From the NCBI GenBank assembly GCA_947631525.1, contig CANRLQ010000001.1:1-35418 (forward strand): a stretch of DNA of 35,418 bases, in the 5' to 3' direction. The notes under the pieces are model-generated. The model was not told the origin of the DNA. It saw only the letters and a program-made list of their open reading frames with translations, and did no database searches. The stretch is from an uncultured Bacilli bacterium. Its GTDB lineage: Bacteria; Bacillota_I; Bacilli_A; RF39; UBA660. The position numbers and the translations under genes were made by a program. Shown in pieces: positions 33,042-35,418 of the stretch. How positions within the stretch are numbered: the first letter of the stretch is position 1; every line of letters begins with the position of its first letter.

Positions 33042-33842
33042 TTATTTAATTAAGCTATAAACACCATATATTATTAAACCTGTTATTATTAAAAGCATTA
33101 TAATAAATATAATCTTTAATAATAACTTTTTTTTAGATTTTTTATTTATTATTTTATCTGCTTCTTCAAAATCTTCTTTATTAAAGTTTAAACTAGAAGT
33201 ATAAAATGAATTATCAATTGTATCTGTATCATCAATTTTTTTATTTTTTTCATCATTAGCTTTTGCTTCTTCAAGTAGCATTTTTATTGATTTATTATCT
33301 TCTATTGTGGTATTATCATTTGAATCTAAATCTAACATGTTTAATCCTAGTTCCTTATCATTCATTTGATTTAACATACTAGTGCTAGTTATTGTATTAA
33401 TTAATTCTTTTAATTCATCTTCTTCATTTTCTATTATTTTATCATTGTTTAATTCTAGATTTTTTAGTATATTATAGTTCGTGTTATCCAAACTTCTAAA
33501 TGATTCTTCTTTTGGTCTTTTATTTTTAGCTTTAGTTAGCACATCTCTTATATCATAAACTTTATCATCTTTTAAATCAAATTCAGGAACAACAGGTTCT
33601 TCTTTTTTTTCTTCATGTAATATTTGTCGATATTGTTTTTGTTTTTTATAAGATTCCCTATCTTTTAACATATCTTTTATTTTACTAATATCAATTTCGT
33701 TTGTTTTTTCTAATGTTGCAACTGCTTCAATATTAGTGTATTCACCCATATCATATATATTACGATATAAATCTTGATTTTTTTGACTTCGTTTTTTAAT
33801 ATTGCTATTATTTCTATAATATTTTTCCATTCTACTAGTCAT
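33042..33842 (-). CDS. hypothetical K/E/N-rich protein with a C-terminal TM anchor
   Basis: ORF with the C-terminal TM LLLKIIFIIMLLIITGLIIYGVY. I prefer the ATG at 33842 (AGGTGGT RBS); the track start at 33902 is also possible. Confidence 0.5.
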   Translation of the reverse strand: MTSRMEKYYRNNSNIKKRSQKNQDLYRNIYDMGEYTNIEAVATLEKTNEIDISKIKDMLKDRESYKKQKQYRQILHEEKKEEPVVPEFDLKDDKVYDIRDVLTKAKNKRPKEESFRSLDNTNYNILKNLELNNDKIIENEEDELKELINTITSTSMLNQMNDKELGLNMLDLDSNDNTTIEDNKSIKMLLEEAKANDEKNKKIDDTDTIDNSFYTSSLNFNKEDFEEADKIINKKSKKKLLLKIIFIIMLLIITGLIIYGVYSLIK

Positions 33843-33943
33843 AATACCACCTATAAATAATAATAACATATTTTTTTTCTTTTTTAAACTCTTTCCTTGC
33901 ATTTATCGACTATTTTTTTTATAATATTAACTGGAGGTAATTA

Positions 33944-34156
33944 ATGGAAAAGGTAAGAGTTAATCAAGATGCGTGTATTGGTTGTGGTGCATGCACTGCA
34001 ATTGCTAGTGAAGTCTTTTCTTTCAATGATGAAGGATTTGCAGAAGCTAATGAAGATAATAATATCTTAGATGAAATGGATAATGAATTAAAAGAAAGTG
34101 TTATTGATGCTTTAGAAGGATGTCCAACTAGCGCTATTGAAAAAATAAATGAATAA
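33944..34156 (+). CDS. fdx: small single-cluster 4Fe-4S ferredoxin
   Basis: 70 aa with CIGCGAC...CP cluster ligands and an acidic composition. RBS GGAGG. Confidence 0.85.
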   Translation: MEKVRVNQDACIGCGACTAIASEVFSFNDEGFAEANEDNNILDEMDNELKESVIDALEGCPTSAIEKINE

Positions 34157-34160
34157 TTTT

Positions 34161-34196
34161 ATCAAAAAATCCTAATTTATATTAGGATTTTTTGAT
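34161..34196. terminator. bidirectional terminator hairpin between convergent fdx and rluB
   Basis: Perfect 16-bp inverted repeat atcaaaaaatcctaat / attaggattttttgat with a 4-nt loop and A/T runs in both arms. It contains the rluB stop codon. Confidence 0.7.
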
Positions 34197-34900
34197 AATG
34201 CATATAATTTTTTTACTTCTTTTGGATTTAATAAACGGTATTCTCCTGATTTTAAGCCACTTAAATTTAAAAATGCTATTGATTCTCTTTTTAATTTTAA
34301 TACACTATACCCTATACTTTCAAACATCTTTTTTACTTGATGATTTTTTCCTTCATGAATGATTATTTCAACTATTGAAGTATCAGTTTTTTTATCATAT
34401 TTTTTTATTCTTACCTTAGATTTTGCTGTTTTTACACCATCAATATAAACACCTTTTTCAAGTTTAATTATTTGTTCTTTTCCAATTAATCCTTTTATTT
34501 TAGCAATATACAATTTATCAACATTGCTTTTAGGATGCATTAACAAATTAGCAAGTTGTCCATCATTTGTTAGAATTATTGCTCCTGTTGTATCATAATC
34601 AAGTCTTCCTACAGGATAAATTCTAATATTGGTATTTATTAAATCAACAACCGTTTTTCTTCCTTTATCATCAGAAGTACTTGTTATAATACCACGAGGT
34701 TTATTTAAAAGATAATAAACTTTATTTTCTTTTTTTAATGTATAACCATCAACTTGAATTGTGTCTGAAAAATCTACCTTAGTACCTAATTCGTAAACAA
34801 TTTCTCCATTAACTTTTACTTTTCCTTCTTTTATGAGTTCTTCGGCTTTTCTCCTAGATGTATAACCACTGTTAGCAATTACTTTCTGTAAGCGTTCCAT
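34172..34900 (-). CDS. rluB: pseudouridine synthase, RsuA/RluB family, with an S4 domain
   Basis: MERLQKVIANSGYTSRRKAEELIKEGKVKVNG is the S4 domain and GRLDYDTTGAIILTNDG is the catalytic Asp motif. I prefer the ATG at 34900 after GAAGGTG. Confidence 0.85.
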   Translation of the reverse strand: MERLQKVIANSGYTSRRKAEELIKEGKVKVNGEIVYELGTKVDFSDTIQVDGYTLKKENKVYYLLNKPRGIITSTSDDKGRKTVVDLINTNIRIYPVGRLDYDTTGAIILTNDGQLANLLMHPKSNVDKLYIAKIKGLIGKEQIIKLEKGVYIDGVKTAKSKVRIKKYDKKTDTSIVEIIIHEGKNHQVKKMFESIGYSVLKLKRESIAFLNLSGLKSGEYRLLNPKEVKKLYALSKNPNIN

Positions 34901-34975
34901 AAAATCACCTTCATGTATCAATTATATATACTATGATTAAAAAAATCAAGAAAAAACATTTAGTAAAACTAAATG

Positions 34976-35413
34976 TTATTTACAAGTGTATCCTTGTTTT
35001 TCTAAGTATTCTTTAGTAGCATCATAATCTCCAGTTGTATCAACAATATTTAATTCTTTTTTATCGTCATCTGACATTTTTTGCAAATCTGCTTTTAAAT
35101 TAAAAGTAAATCCTTCTTTTGTCTTTTCTGTAGAATATGAAACACCTTTTTTTCCATCCAAATTACTAAATTGGTTTTCAACAGATGGAATTATTGTATC
35201 AACATAGTCTAAATAAGTTTCTTCTAATTTCATATCAATTGATACATCCATTTTAGTAACTTCTTTTTTCTTAAATGTTGCTTTAACACTTTGTGTCATA
35301 GTTCCTGTTGTATTTTTACTTTCCATACTACAATCTAATACTTTGTCTTTTCCGCATCCTGTTAATAGACCAACAAATACTACAAGGAATGCTGTTGTTA
35401 AATATTTTTTCAT
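34976..35413 (-). CDS. lipoprotein of unknown function
   Basis: The N-terminus is MKKYLTTAFLVVFVGLLTGC (lipobox LTGC). The mature domain is about 125 aa. Confidence 0.7.
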   Translation of the reverse strand: MKKYLTTAFLVVFVGLLTGCGKDKVLDCSMESKNTTGTMTQSVKATFKKKEVTKMDVSIDMKLEETYLDYVDTIIPSVENQFSNLDGKKGVSYSTEKTKEGFTFNLKADLQKMSDDDKKELNIVDTTGDYDATKEYLEKQGYTCK

Positions 35414-35418
35414 ACATA

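Noticed and set aside
1-35418. CRISPR arrays, tRNA/rRNA genes, IS elements or transposases, integrases, att-like direct repeats and alternative genetic code.
   Set aside because: I saw no regularly spaced direct repeats, no GC-rich structured RNA-like islands other than a 14-mer at 18498, and no ORF with recombinase or transposase motifs. TGA is used as a stop at 23834 and 30787, so nothing supports code 4. A boundary repeat may exist outside the window.

Overview
All family assignments below come from reading the translations by eye; no homology or structure search was run. The window is very AT-rich (by eye about three quarters A+T) and looks like a spore-forming low-GC Firmicute using the standard code, with TGA serving as a stop at 23834 and 30787. 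It has two parts. Part 1 (1..25417) is about 25 kb read entirely on the minus strand with tiny or overlapping gene junctions, and I read it as one accessory envelope-machine locus. In transcription order (right to left) it holds three blocks. (a) Two tandem, diverged copies of a four-gene cassette (23834..25417 down to 18564, then 18337 down to 11885). Each encodes a 5-TM membrane protein with a large ectodomain, a small FN3-like anchored protein, a giant secreted protein with about 50-70 cysteines, and a 133-aa prepilin-like protein. (b) A Tad/Flp-type pilus gene set: CpaB-like, TadA/CpaF-type ATPase, TadB and TadC platform proteins, an Flp-like pilin with its own consensus promoter, two pseudopilins and a TadZ-like degenerate ParA protein. 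(c) A minimal conjugation-type module: three VirB2-like pilin-domain genes, a VirB6-like polytopic protein, a PrgI/VirB3-like protein and a VirB4-like ATPase that runs off the left edge. Three genes in this block are interrupted by frameshifts: the TadA ATPase, giant protein B and the VirB6-like protein. I saw no prepilin peptidase, integrase, relaxase, coupling protein, tRNA, IS element or CRISPR array in the window. Part 2 (25516..35418) looks like ordinary chromosome. It holds a canonical sirtuin co-transcribed with an unknown 378-aa protein, an RlmCD/RumA-type rRNA methyltransferase, a gerA-C-B germinant receptor operon, a small ferredoxin, RluB and a lipoprotein. The combination of a Tad-type pilus, VirB2/3/4/6 genes and duplicated cysteine-rich giant-protein cassettes is the candidate undescribed system.
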